64,000 nucleotides of DNA, taken from an uncultured Chloroflexia bacterium (GTDB taxonomy: Bacteria > Chloroflexota > Limnocylindria > Limnocylindrales > CSP1-4). Made by a program: the position numbers and the translations under genes. Below the pieces are notes generated by a model, which was given only the letters and a program-made list of their open reading frames with translations, was not told the DNA's origin and did not search any database. Where the stretch lies: contig CAVRGP010000011.1 in the NCBI GenBank assembly GCA_963720755.1, positions 384,001 to 448,000 of the forward strand. Reading direction: 5' to 3'. Positions 29,596-38,771 of the stretch are shown in pieces. Each line of letters opens with the position of its first letter. Position 1 is the first letter of the stretch.

Positions 29596-30548
29596 TGGCG
29601 CGTGCGATGTGGAAGGGAGCCATCCAGTTCGGGCTGGTCACCATCCCGGTGAAGCTCTACCTCGCGACCGAGTCCAAGGGCATCAGCTTCAACATGCTCC
29701 ACAAGGCGGACCTGTCGCGCATCCAGATGAAGGTCTGGTGCCCCGTCGAGGACGAGCAGATCTCGCGATCCGACACGGTCAAGGGGTTCGAGTATGCCCC
29801 GGGCGACTACGTGGTCATCACCGACGAAGACCTCGAGAATGTCCCGCTCAAGACCGTCCGCTCCATCGAGATCGAGCAGTTCACCAAGGCCAAGCGCGAT
29901 GATGCCGCCGTTCGGTTCGTCAAGAGCGCCTACTACCTCGAGCCGGACAAGATCGGGCGAAAGGCGTTCCACCTCCTCAAGTCTGTCCTGGAGGCCGATG
30001 GCCTGACCGCGATCTGCAAGGTCGTGATCAAGGACCGCGAGGCACTGGCCGCCCTCGACCCGTTCGGCGACACGATGCTGATGACCACCCTGCATTGGCC
30101 CGACGAGATCCGCTCGGTCGGTGAGCTGGACCTGGGCGACGAGGACTACGACTTCAAGCCGGCCGAGCTGGCGATGGCGCAACAACTCGTGTCAGCGATG
30201 ACGGGTGAATTCGACCCATCCCAGTACAAGGACGAGTACCGGCAGGCGCTCGAATCGATCATCCAGGCCAAGGTCGAAGGCAAGGAGACCGTCGCACTCG
30301 AGGCACCGGAAGAGAGCAGCAATCTCATCGACCTGATGGCGGCGCTCGAGGCATCGGTCAACGCCGCGAAGGCCGCCCGTGATGTGAGCCCGGACAAGCC
30401 GGTCTCCGTCGCCGAGGCCAAGGAAGCCAAGGCGACCAGAGCGGCGAAGGCGACCAAGGCGACGAAGGCCAAGGTCGCCCAGACGGATGATGGCCAGGAC
30501 GAGGACACCGTGGCCGCGAAACCCGCGCGGAGGCGCAAGTCGGCCTGA
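29595..30548 (+). CDS. ku: NHEJ DNA end-binding protein Ku
   Basis: RAMWKGAIQFGLVTIPVKLY.AT, YYLEPD, L.WPDEIR, IDLMAALEASV; Lys/Ala-rich basic tail. Confidence 0.97.
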   Translation: MARAMWKGAIQFGLVTIPVKLYLATESKGISFNMLHKADLSRIQMKVWCPVEDEQISRSDTVKGFEYAPGDYVVITDEDLENVPLKTVRSIEIEQFTKAKRDDAAVRFVKSAYYLEPDKIGRKAFHLLKSVLEADGLTAICKVVIKDREALAALDPFGDTMLMTTLHWPDEIRSVGELDLGDEDYDFKPAELAMAQQLVSAMTGEFDPSQYKDEYRQALESIIQAKVEGKETVALEAPEESSNLIDLMAALEASVNAAKAARDVSPDKPVSVAEAKEAKATRAAKATKATKAKVAQTDDGQDEDTVAAKPARRRKSA

Positions 30549-30594
30549 TCGCGCGACGCAGGTCGGCGCCGCCGACTGGCACACTGATGGCCTG

Positions 30595-33321
30595 ATGCCA
30601 CTCGACGAATACCGCCGCAAGCGCGATTTCGCCAGGACTCCGGAACCGGCGCCAGCCGCGTCACCGGTCGAGCCGGGTCGCCCGGTCCGGAGCGGTCGCT
30701 TCGTCATCCAGCGTCATCGTGCTACCCGACTCCACTACGACTTCCGGCTTGAGGTCGCTGGTGTGCTCGTCTCGTGGGCCGTCCCGAAAGGCCCCACCCT
30801 CGATCCCGCCCAGCGCCGGATGGCCGTCCACGTGGAGGACCACCCGCTCGAGTACTTCGACTTCGAGGGCGTCATCCCGTCGCGTCAGTACGGCGCCGGC
30901 GATGTCATCGTCTGGGACTGGGGCACCTGGCAGGCCGAGCCGCCGACGAACGATGCGACGATCGCGATCCCGGCCGGGGAGCTGAAGTTCGAGCTGCACG
31001 GGCAGAAGGTCAGCGGCCGGTTCACCATCGTCCGGACGAGCGGACGCCGGCACAAGGCGGACGATCCCGCGGCCCGTGCGTTCGAGGACGATCAGGGCGA
31101 GCAATGGCTCCTGATCAAGAAGCGTGACCCGACGGCAGTGACGGGCTGGGATGCCGAGGACCATCCCCACAGCGTCAAGACCGGCCGAACCAACGACGAC
31201 GTGAAGGCCGATCGCGACGCCCTCTGGATCGGTGAAGCGCCGGCGGCCTCGGCCGAGATCGACCTGGCCGGAGCCGTCGCGACCACGATGCCCCAGCGGA
31301 TCGAGCCGATGCTCGCGACCCTGGCGGGCAAGCCGTTCGACGACCCCGGGTGGCTGTTCGAGATCAAGTGGGACGGCTACCGGGTGCAAGCGGTCGTATC
31401 CGACGGCAAGGTCCGGCTGTGGACCCGCAATCTCAAGGACGCCGAAACCTACTTTCCCGGGCTGCTGACCCCGCCCACCTGGATCGATGCGAGCCAGGCC
31501 ATCGTCGACGGGGAAGTCGTCGCGCTTCGGGACGACGGTCGACCGGACTTCGGCCTCCTCCAGGAGCGGCTTGGCGATCGGTCGGCGCCCGACCTCGTCT
31601 TCGAGGCGTTCGATCTCCTCTATCTCGACGGTCGTTCGCTGGTCGACGTGGCGCTCGAGGACCGCAAGCGGCTCCTCAAGAGCGTGCTCCGGCCGAACCC
31701 GCGCGTCCAATTCGCCGCGCACGTCGAGGGCGAAGGGCGCGCCTTCTACCGTGCCGCCGAAGCGCAGGGCCTCGAAGGTGTGATCGCCAAGCTCCGTCGG
31801 TCGCGCTACGAGCCGGGCCGCCGATCCGCGTCGTGGCTCAAGCTCAAGATCCGCCCGGAGCAGGAACTCGTGGTCGGGGGTTGGACGCCCGGGGAAGGAC
31901 AGGCCCGGGATCTCGGCGCGGTCGCGGTCGGCGTCTACGAGGACGGACGGCTCCGGTTCGCGGGCAAGGTCGGCTCCGGGTTCGACGCGCGGAGTCGCCG
32001 GCAGATCCTCGAGCGTCTCAGGACGCTCGAGACCGAGGTACCCGCCTTCGACCCGCCACCGTCGCGCGACCATCGAGGGCGATGGGGTGGCGACCTGCGT
32101 GATGTCCATTGGGTCCGACCGGAACTGGTGATCCGTGCCGAGCTCGGCGGCTGGTCGCGAGACGGGATGGTCCGGCAGGCGGCCTTCAAGGGGATCGAGG
32201 AGGGTCGCGATCCGACGACGGTCGTGCGCGAACGGGCGGTGACGACCGCGACCGCGGTCAGGGACGCGGTGTCGGAGATGGATGCAGCGTCGGGTGTCCG
32301 GACCGGTGCGGCGGTCCCTGGCACCGAGCCCGGCCACGAACCACGACCTGCGTTTGCCTGGGAGGTTGCGGACCCGGAACTGGACGCGCTCGACCGGCTC
32401 GGCAGGGAAGGGATCTGGTCGGTCGGCGGCAACGACCTGAAGCTCACGAACCTCGACAAGCCCCTGTTCGAGGCGCGGCCGGACAGTGGCGAGGGTCCGA
32501 TCACGAAGCGTGAGCTGATCCGCTACTTCGCCCGGATCGCGCCGACCCTGTTGCCGCACCTCGCCGACCGACCGCTCAACCTCCAACGCTTCCCGAACGG
32601 GGCCGGGGCACCGGGGTTCTGGCAGAAGGACATCCCCGCGACGGCGCCGACGTGGCTGACCCGCTGGCACGAGACCGGCGTCGATGGTCGGGAGGACCGC
32701 GACGCGAACGACCACCTGATCGCCGATCGGGCGGCAACCCTGGCCTGGCTCGGCAACCAGGCGAGCTTCGAGATCCACGCCTGGACCGGGCGCCTGCCCG
32801 ATCCGTGGCGACCGACGTTCGCCTACATCGATATCGATCCGGGCGAGCGGACGACCTGGGAGGAGACGCTCGTGCTCGCCCGGCTCTACCGGACGGCCCT
32901 CGGCCACCTCGGCGTCCACGGCTATCCGAAGACGACCGGCAAGCGCGGTATCCAGGTCTGGATCCCGGTCGAGCCCCGCTACGACTTCGGCGACACGAGC
33001 GCCTGGGTCGAGCGCATCTCGCGGGCGATCGGGGCGACCGTGCCGGAGCTCGTCTCGTGGGAGTGGGCCAAGGGCGCCCGCCAGGGCAAGGCTCGTCTCG
33101 ACTACACCCAGAACGCCAGCATCAAGACGCTCGTGGCGCCGTATGCCGTACGACCTGCCGCCGGAGCCCCGGTGTCAGCACCGATCGCCTGGGACGAGCT
33201 TGACGACCCGGAGCTCCGACCGGATCGCTGGACGATCCGCGACATCGTGGAACGCGTGACCGAGAAGGGCGACCTGTTCGCTGCGACCCAGACCGACCTG
33301 CAGGCCCTACCCACGCTCTGA
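30595..33321 (+). CDS. ligD: DNA ligase D (phosphoesterase-ligase-polymerase)
   Basis: YRRKRDF.RTPEP, QRHRATRLHYDFRLE, EIKWDGYR, EGVIAK, TNLDK, RFPNG, DIDP, KTTGKRG. Confidence 0.96.
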   Translation: MPLDEYRRKRDFARTPEPAPAASPVEPGRPVRSGRFVIQRHRATRLHYDFRLEVAGVLVSWAVPKGPTLDPAQRRMAVHVEDHPLEYFDFEGVIPSRQYGAGDVIVWDWGTWQAEPPTNDATIAIPAGELKFELHGQKVSGRFTIVRTSGRRHKADDPAARAFEDDQGEQWLLIKKRDPTAVTGWDAEDHPHSVKTGRTNDDVKADRDALWIGEAPAASAEIDLAGAVATTMPQRIEPMLATLAGKPFDDPGWLFEIKWDGYRVQAVVSDGKVRLWTRNLKDAETYFPGLLTPPTWIDASQAIVDGEVVALRDDGRPDFGLLQERLGDRSAPDLVFEAFDLLYLDGRSLVDVALEDRKRLLKSVLRPNPRVQFAAHVEGEGRAFYRAAEAQGLEGVIAKLRRSRYEPGRRSASWLKLKIRPEQELVVGGWTPGEGQARDLGAVAVGVYEDGRLRFAGKVGSGFDARSRRQILERLRTLETEVPAFDPPPSRDHRGRWGGDLRDVHWVRPELVIRAELGGWSRDGMVRQAAFKGIEEGRDPTTVVRERAVTTATAVRDAVSEMDAASGVRTGAAVPGTEPGHEPRPAFAWEVADPELDALDRLGREGIWSVGGNDLKLTNLDKPLFEARPDSGEGPITKRELIRYFARIAPTLLPHLADRPLNLQRFPNGAGAPGFWQKDIPATAPTWLTRWHETGVDGREDRDANDHLIADRAATLAWLGNQASFEIHAWTGRLPDPWRPTFAYIDIDPGERTTWEETLVLARLYRTALGHLGVHGYPKTTGKRGIQVWIPVEPRYDFGDTSAWVERISRAIGATVPELVSWEWAKGARQGKARLDYTQNASIKTLVAPYAVRPAAGAPVSAPIAWDELDDPELRPDRWTIRDIVERVTEKGDLFAATQTDLQALPTL

Positions 33322-33377
33322 TCTCCGGTCGGTCGTCATCGTCGCCTGGTCGGGCGCCGGCATGGCAGGATGGACCG

Positions 33378-34628
33378 ATGCACGACGAGTCGATCCAGCT
33401 TCGCCAACCGACCGACGATCCCGAGTCGTTGCGCGCATACATCCGACCGGTATCGGCGGCATTCGCCGACGACTACACGGACCAGCAGTTCGAAACGGAT
33501 CGGAAGCTCTGGGAGGTGGATCGGCTGATCGGCGCGGTGGACGGCGAGACGTGGGTCGGTGCGGCCGCCGGGTTGTCGATGCGACTGACGGTGCCGGGCG
33601 GGGAAGTCCGGGCGGTCGGCGTGTCCGATGTCGGGGTCGCCCCGAGTCACCGCCGGCGCGGGATCCTCACCCGGATGATGCGCTGGATCCTCGACCAGGC
33701 CGTCGAGCGGGGTGAACCGGTCGCCGTGCTGTACGCCTCGGAAGGCGTCATCTACCCGCATTTCGGCTTCGGGATGGCGACGCTTCGGGGCAGCTTCGAG
33801 GTCGAACGGCACGCCTTCACGTTCGCTCGGCCGGCCGAGCCGCTCGGCCGGGTCAGGCTGGTCGATGTCGACGAAGGGATGCGACTCGTCCCGCCGCTGT
33901 TCGATCGCGCGCGTCCGGAGCGGATCGGGGAAGTCACCCGGCACCCGGATCGATGGCGGCATCAGCTGCTCGCCGACGATGGACGGATGCGCGCGATCTT
34001 CGGCACGAAGTTCAACGCCGTCCTCGAAGTCGATGGCCTGCCTCGCGGCTACGCGATCTACCGCGTCAAGAGTGAGTGGGACGACCGAGGACCCAAGCAC
34101 GTCCTCACGGCCCTGGAGGTCACCGGCCTGGATCCGGCGGCGGAGCGGGCCTTGTGGGAGTGGCTCGCCGGGGTGGACCTCGTGACCAAGATCCGGGGCC
34201 TGCGCACACCCGTGCCGGCGCCGTTGGTCCTGCAGATGGCGAACCCGCGTCGCCTCGGCTTCACGGTCACGGACGGGATCTGGCTCCGCCTCATCGAACT
34301 CCGGGCCGCGCTCGAAGGCCGGACCTATGCGGCCGGCGGCAGCGTGACCCTCGAGGTGACCGACCCGTTCTGTCCCGGCAACGCCGGTCGCTGGACACTC
34401 GACGTCCCCGAGGGTGGGGGAGCGGGAACCGTCGCGCCAGCGGCAGGCGATGGAGCTGCCGATATCGCACTCGACATCACGGACCTGGCGATGGCCTATC
34501 TCGGGACCTTCTCGTTCGCCGATCTCGTCCGGGCAGGTCGGTCGGAAGAGCTGCGGGCGGGCGGGATCGCCACAGCCGACCGCCTGTTCGCGACGACCAC
34601 CCCGGCCTGGTCGTCGACGATGTTCTAG
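33378..34628 (+). CDS. eis: Eis-family GNAT acetyltransferase with SCP2-like C-terminus
   Basis: V.DVGVAPSHRRRGIL, LYASE..IY..FGFG, WLRLI, D...P.NAG.W, terminal W...F. Confidence 0.85.
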   Translation: MHDESIQLRQPTDDPESLRAYIRPVSAAFADDYTDQQFETDRKLWEVDRLIGAVDGETWVGAAAGLSMRLTVPGGEVRAVGVSDVGVAPSHRRRGILTRMMRWILDQAVERGEPVAVLYASEGVIYPHFGFGMATLRGSFEVERHAFTFARPAEPLGRVRLVDVDEGMRLVPPLFDRARPERIGEVTRHPDRWRHQLLADDGRMRAIFGTKFNAVLEVDGLPRGYAIYRVKSEWDDRGPKHVLTALEVTGLDPAAERALWEWLAGVDLVTKIRGLRTPVPAPLVLQMANPRRLGFTVTDGIWLRLIELRAALEGRTYAAGGSVTLEVTDPFCPGNAGRWTLDVPEGGGAGTVAPAAGDGAADIALDITDLAMAYLGTFSFADLVRAGRSEELRAGGIATADRLFATTTPAWSSTMF

Positions 34629-34706
34629 GGGGACCCGGGATCGCAGTCACCTCATGGACGCGCCGAACCGGGCGAGTCCGGGCTCCATACGACGCGTGAG
34701 CCAGCG

Positions 34707-35324
34707 TCAGCCCAGGTTCAAGATCCCCGACATCGTTTCGAGGGTCGACGCTCGTAGCCCGTCTCCATCGAGCGTGATCGCCACATCGTCCCGCCCGGGC
34801 CAGTTCGGATCGTAGACACGCAACGTGATCGACTCGCCGGCGATCTCGTACGCGTACGCCAGGACCTGGTGGCTTTGCATGAGGTTGAACGGGTTCAGGC
34901 CCTGATGCCGGACCAGGCCGACCATGGCGAGGCGGTCGGCGTCGATGTCCGATCGGATCCTGGGCCACTCCGCCTCGCGCGATCGACGGAGCGCACGGGC
35001 GGCGCCGAATGCGCCCATCCACCAGAACCTGAGCGGCGTCCGCAACCAATCGAGCGATCTGACCTGGCGGCGGACAAGCGCCTGGAAGAGGGGACTGCCG
35101 TTGACGGGTGCCTCCGCATCGGGCGGGATCGGCAAGCCGGCAGCGAACCGCTCGCGGACATACCAGCTCATCCCGCCGCACAGGCCCGCAGACGCATCGC
35201 CGATCCCGATCCAGCGAGGGTCGAGCGGGCCGAACCGGATGGTCGGTCCCGGAGGGAACCGGTTGGCGAACCGCAACCCATGGGTGCTCGGCAGGAACCC
35301 CGGGACGGCATGCGATTCGACCAT
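34707..35324 (-). CDS. hypothetical protein with papain-like Cys-His-Asp motifs
   Basis: FLPSTHG..F.N.F, GLCGGMS, HQVLAYAY, VYDPN. Confidence 0.65.
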   Translation of the reverse strand: MVESHAVPGFLPSTHGLRFANRFPPGPTIRFGPLDPRWIGIGDASAGLCGGMSWYVRERFAAGLPIPPDAEAPVNGSPLFQALVRRQVRSLDWLRTPLRFWWMGAFGAARALRRSREAEWPRIRSDIDADRLAMVGLVRHQGLNPFNLMQSHQVLAYAYEIAGESITLRVYDPNWPGRDDVAITLDGDGLRASTLETMSGILNLG

Positions 35325-35343
35325 GACCGGCCGAGTCTACGCC

Positions 35344-35381
35344 TTGACCGGTCATCATGGTCGGCTATCATGACCGACTAT
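35344..35381 (+). promoter_or_regulatory. toxin-antitoxin promoter with operator repeats
   Basis: TTGACC-16-TATCAT; inverted CGGTCAT/ATGACCG; direct CATGGTCGGCTAT/CATGACCGACTAT. Confidence 0.65.
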
Positions 35382-35715
35382 GAGAACCATCACGGCCATG
35401 GATATGCGCAGGCGTCTGGGCGAGATCCTCGACGCCGCCTCCGCGGGAGAACGGATCCTGATCGAGCGCGACCATCGACCCCTCGCCTACCTCGTGTCGG
35501 TGGAGGATGGCGATCGACTGGATCCGGACGTCGAAGACCTGAGCGCACGGCGGCGCGCCGCCCTCGACCGGTTGATGGCGTTGGGCGCACGGATGCGCGA
35601 ACTTCACCCGCCGCCGGACGATGGCATGACAGACGCTGAGTGGATCCGCCACGAGCACGATCGGCGCGCCGATCAGATCACTCGCGCCGCAGCATCCAGG
35701 CCGGACGAACAGTGA
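35380..35715 (+). CDS. vapB: Phd/YefM-family antitoxin
   Basis: MRTITAMDMRRRLGEILD.A..GERILIER..RPLA.LV; overlaps the downstream PIN gene. Confidence 0.85.
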   Translation: MRTITAMDMRRRLGEILDAASAGERILIERDHRPLAYLVSVEDGDRLDPDVEDLSARRRAALDRLMALGARMRELHPPPDDGMTDAEWIRHEHDRRADQITRAAASRPDEQ

Positions 35716-36248
35716 CTGGACGCTCGGCGCTGGTCATCGACGCATCGGTCGTGATCGCCATCGCCCGGATGGAGCCAGATGGTCCTCGCGCCGCAGCCCT
35801 GATCGATCGATCGACCCAACAGGGAGCTCGGACCGTCGTTCCCGCGCACTTCTGGCTGGAAGTGACCAACGTCCTGATGCGTCGGCACCGATGGGATGGC
35901 GCCGCCATCTTCGAGGCTACCCGCGAGATCGATTCGATGGTCCTGGAAACGATCGAGCTTGACCGACCGACCCTGCTCTTGGCCGTCGATCTCAGCGAGC
36001 GGCACGGCCTGTCGTCGTATGACGCGATGTACCTGGCGCTTGCCGAATTGGTCGATGGGTCCCTCTTCACCCTCGACGAACGCCTGCAGGCTGCCGCTGG
36101 CACCCGCGCCATGGACCTCAGCGGGCACCGGCTCCCGGATGCGGCCCCGCCGTACGAGCACTCGGTGACCTGGCCGGACTACAAGGGGGCGTCCACCTAT
36201 CTCGCCCGGTTGCGCGTGGAAGCGCGCGCGGCCGGAACGCGAAGCTAG
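35712..36248 (+). CDS. vapC: VapC PIN-domain toxin
   Basis: GTGA overlap; LVIDASV, LEVTNVL, LSSYDAMYLALAE, LFTLDERL. Confidence 0.9.
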   Translation: MTGRSALVIDASVVIAIARMEPDGPRAAALIDRSTQQGARTVVPAHFWLEVTNVLMRRHRWDGAAIFEATREIDSMVLETIELDRPTLLLAVDLSERHGLSSYDAMYLALAELVDGSLFTLDERLQAAAGTRAMDLSGHRLPDAAPPYEHSVTWPDYKGASTYLARLRVEARAAGTRS

Positions 36249-36303
36249 GCACCGGCTGGACCGCGGCACGGACCTCCCGCGGGCGGCTACCATCGGTCGC
36301 ACG

Positions 36304-36786
36304 ATGAGCGAACGAGTGAGCGCCGGGATCCTGCTGTATCGACGCGTGGACGGGCGGGATCATGGCCTGGAGCTGCTCCTGGCCCACCCGGGCGGCCCGT
36401 TCTTCGTGGACCGTGACCTCGGCGACTGGACGATCCCGAAGGGCGAACCGAACGGGTCGGACGAGCCGCTTCGGGATGTCGCCCGACGGGAATTCGCCGA
36501 GGAGACCGGGACCTGGGTCCACGCCGGGGCCGCCGCGATCGCCCTCGGCACGATCGTCCAGAAGGGCGGCAAGGTCGTCCATGCCTGGGCGGTCGAGGGT
36601 GACCTTGACCCCGCCACCGCCGAGTCGGACACGTTCGAGATGGAATGGCCACCGCGGTCCGGGCGTCGCCAACGGTTCCCGGAGATCGACCACGTGGACT
36701 GGTTCGATCCGGCCGAGGCCCGCCGCCGGATCAAGGCCAGCCAGCTGCCATTCATCGAGCGCCTGGAGGCGGCCCTGGTCGAGTAG
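36304..36786 (+). CDS. NUDIX hydrolase (COG4119-like)
   Basis: SAGILLYR, HPGGPF, WTIPKGE, ARREFAEETG, EWPPRSG...FPE.D. Confidence 0.9.
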   Translation: MSERVSAGILLYRRVDGRDHGLELLLAHPGGPFFVDRDLGDWTIPKGEPNGSDEPLRDVARREFAEETGTWVHAGAAAIALGTIVQKGGKVVHAWAVEGDLDPATAESDTFEMEWPPRSGRRQRFPEIDHVDWFDPAEARRRIKASQLPFIERLEAALVE

Positions 36787-36793
36787 GGCCGGC

Positions 36794-38617
36794 TCAGTCG
36801 GAAGCGGCGACGACCGTGATTCGGACCAACGTCGGATCCACGCCGGTCGCGACCAGCGAACCCTGGTCCGGGGTCAGGACATCCAGCACGAGCAGGTAGT
36901 CGCCCGGCGCAGTCGGTGCCACGAGGTCCAGGGTGGCATCGAACGAGCCACCTGGCTGGAGCTCGATCGGCAGGTCCGCCAGGGCTGTCCGCTCCGCGGG
37001 ATCCGCCTGCAGCGCCGTCCCTTCGGACAGCGGGATCCAGCGGCCGACCAGGCGAGCCACCTCGGCGGGGACCCAGCCGGACAGGTTCGATACCGGCGGG
37101 ATCGCGGCCTGCCCCCACGCTGTCCGGCCGAGGTTCGCGACGTGGACACCGAGCACGGCCGACGACCCGGCTGGGAGGACGGCGGCGGGGACCGCGGCGA
37201 TCGATCCGTCGTAGTCCCCGGTCACTCGGACGACGAGCGAGGACAGCAGCGCCTGGGTCGCGGCGTCGTACGCCACGCCGTCCGCATCGTGCAGGGTGAT
37301 CGTCAGCCGGTAGCGACCGGGCGTTGCCGGGAGCGCCAGGGGGAGGACCAGGGCTCGCTTGGTGACGTGCACGACCTCGGGCGAGACGACGTCGCCGAGC
37401 TGTTCCGGGACGACAAGATCGAGCGTCGCAGGCGGCACATCGAGCCGGGGTGTGGCGACCGTCGGATCACCGGCGACCGGTTCGACCGCCGGCCGGCGTG
37501 CGCCGACGCCGTCGGTCGTCGCGGACGGTGTTCCGTCGGCTGCCGGATCCGGCACGGCGTCCGGCGCCCCTTGCGCCGGCGCGAACTGGATGGCGATCGG
37601 ATCCCAGCGCGCGCTGGCCCGGACCCCGTCTGGCAGCGCCTTCGGGTCCGGCATCGTGTACGGCACCGCCAGGCTGGCTTGTGTCCCGGCCGACGGCAGA
37701 TCCCCGAAGGCCGGCGACCCGAGCCGCAGACCGACCCTGGACAGACTCGGCTGTGTCGCGAGCGCGCCGTTCACGTCGGGACCGGTCACCGATCCAGCGG
37801 CGCCGGCGAGGACGTCTGCCGGCGCCAGACCGGCGCGCATGACGATCGATCGGCTGAACCCGGACGAGGCGGCCTCCGGGTCCATCTGCGCCACGTAGCC
37901 GGGGCTGCGCTGGCTCGTGAACGCGATCCGATGGCCGTTCGCGCTCGGGGCGCTCTGCCACGCGTTCTGGATGGAGCGACCACCGCCGAGGATCGCCTTC
38001 ACCAGGTACGACGGGCTGTCGTACGCCTCCGCGATGACGGCCGCGGCGCCGGCCAGGATGAACCCGGCGGCATAGTTGTCCACCCGTTGCTTCGCGTCGT
38101 CGAGCGTCCCGACCGCCATGCCCGGTTCGGTCAGACCGCTGGCGTAGCAGAGATGGTTCAGGAGCACGATCGCGTTCCGGGCGAGGTTGATCTGCGACCC
38201 GATGCTCGCCTCGCCGAAGTACTGATGAGCGGAGTCCCCGCCGCCCGTCGCGGGGTTCAGGCCGAAGCCATCCTCCGTCGCTGGAAACAGCTCGTTGTGG
38301 TAGGGGCTCGGCCACCCGTTGCCATGACCCATGTAGATGACAAGCGAGGCCCCATCCAGCGCAGCGCGGACGGCCGGCCAGGTGGCGTCAGGCGAGTAGA
38401 TCTCCACGACGTCCGGGGTGTAGCGACGGGCGACCGCCGCCGCCGCGCGAGCCTGCGTCCGGTACCCGTCGGTGGCGGCTCCAGCGGGGCCGACGATCAG
38501 CACGACCTTCGGTACGGGGGCGCCGGCGGCCGAGACGGACCCAGCGGCGAACGATGTCGGGGCCAGGAGACCGGCGCCGAGGAGGCCCGCGAAGATGGCG
38601 ATCCTGAGGCTTCTCAC
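36794..38617 (-). CDS. secreted protein with clan CD (caspase/gingipain/CHAT-like) His-Cys motifs and C-terminal Ig-like domains
   Basis: Signal peptide from GTG 38617; VIYMGHG, IVLLNHLCYASG, GFILAGAAAVIA; C-terminal V.V.NLG..AW...LP..LQPG...APGDY.L.LDV. Confidence 0.65.
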   Translation of the reverse strand: MRSLRIAIFAGLLGAGLLAPTSFAAGSVSAAGAPVPKVVLIVGPAGAATDGYRTQARAAAAVARRYTPDVVEIYSPDATWPAVRAALDGASLVIYMGHGNGWPSPYHNELFPATEDGFGLNPATGGGDSAHQYFGEASIGSQINLARNAIVLLNHLCYASGLTEPGMAVGTLDDAKQRVDNYAAGFILAGAAAVIAEAYDSPSYLVKAILGGGRSIQNAWQSAPSANGHRIAFTSQRSPGYVAQMDPEAASSGFSRSIVMRAGLAPADVLAGAAGSVTGPDVNGALATQPSLSRVGLRLGSPAFGDLPSAGTQASLAVPYTMPDPKALPDGVRASARWDPIAIQFAPAQGAPDAVPDPAADGTPSATTDGVGARRPAVEPVAGDPTVATPRLDVPPATLDLVVPEQLGDVVSPEVVHVTKRALVLPLALPATPGRYRLTITLHDADGVAYDAATQALLSSLVVRVTGDYDGSIAAVPAAVLPAGSSAVLGVHVANLGRTAWGQAAIPPVSNLSGWVPAEVARLVGRWIPLSEGTALQADPAERTALADLPIELQPGGSFDATLDLVAPTAPGDYLLVLDVLTPDQGSLVATGVDPTLVRITVVAASD

Positions 38618-38771
38618 GATAGAGGGCAAGCTCCCCTTGTGGACCACCGAGGATACCGCTGGCGGTCGAGGTGGACCATAGCGATCGACCCTTACCACGC
38701 TCGTATCCACGACTTACGGTGCGCCGGCGCACCGATCGGGGCTCTCCTCCGTCTCCGCGTACCATCCGGGG

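Noticed and set aside
29595-33321. ku-ligD as a novel system
   Set aside because: Canonical bacterial NHEJ pair with a known domain order; only the leader is flagged.
35380-36300. TA pair as a marker of a prophage or genomic island
   Set aside because: No integrase, att-like repeats, tRNA or phage genes seen nearby.
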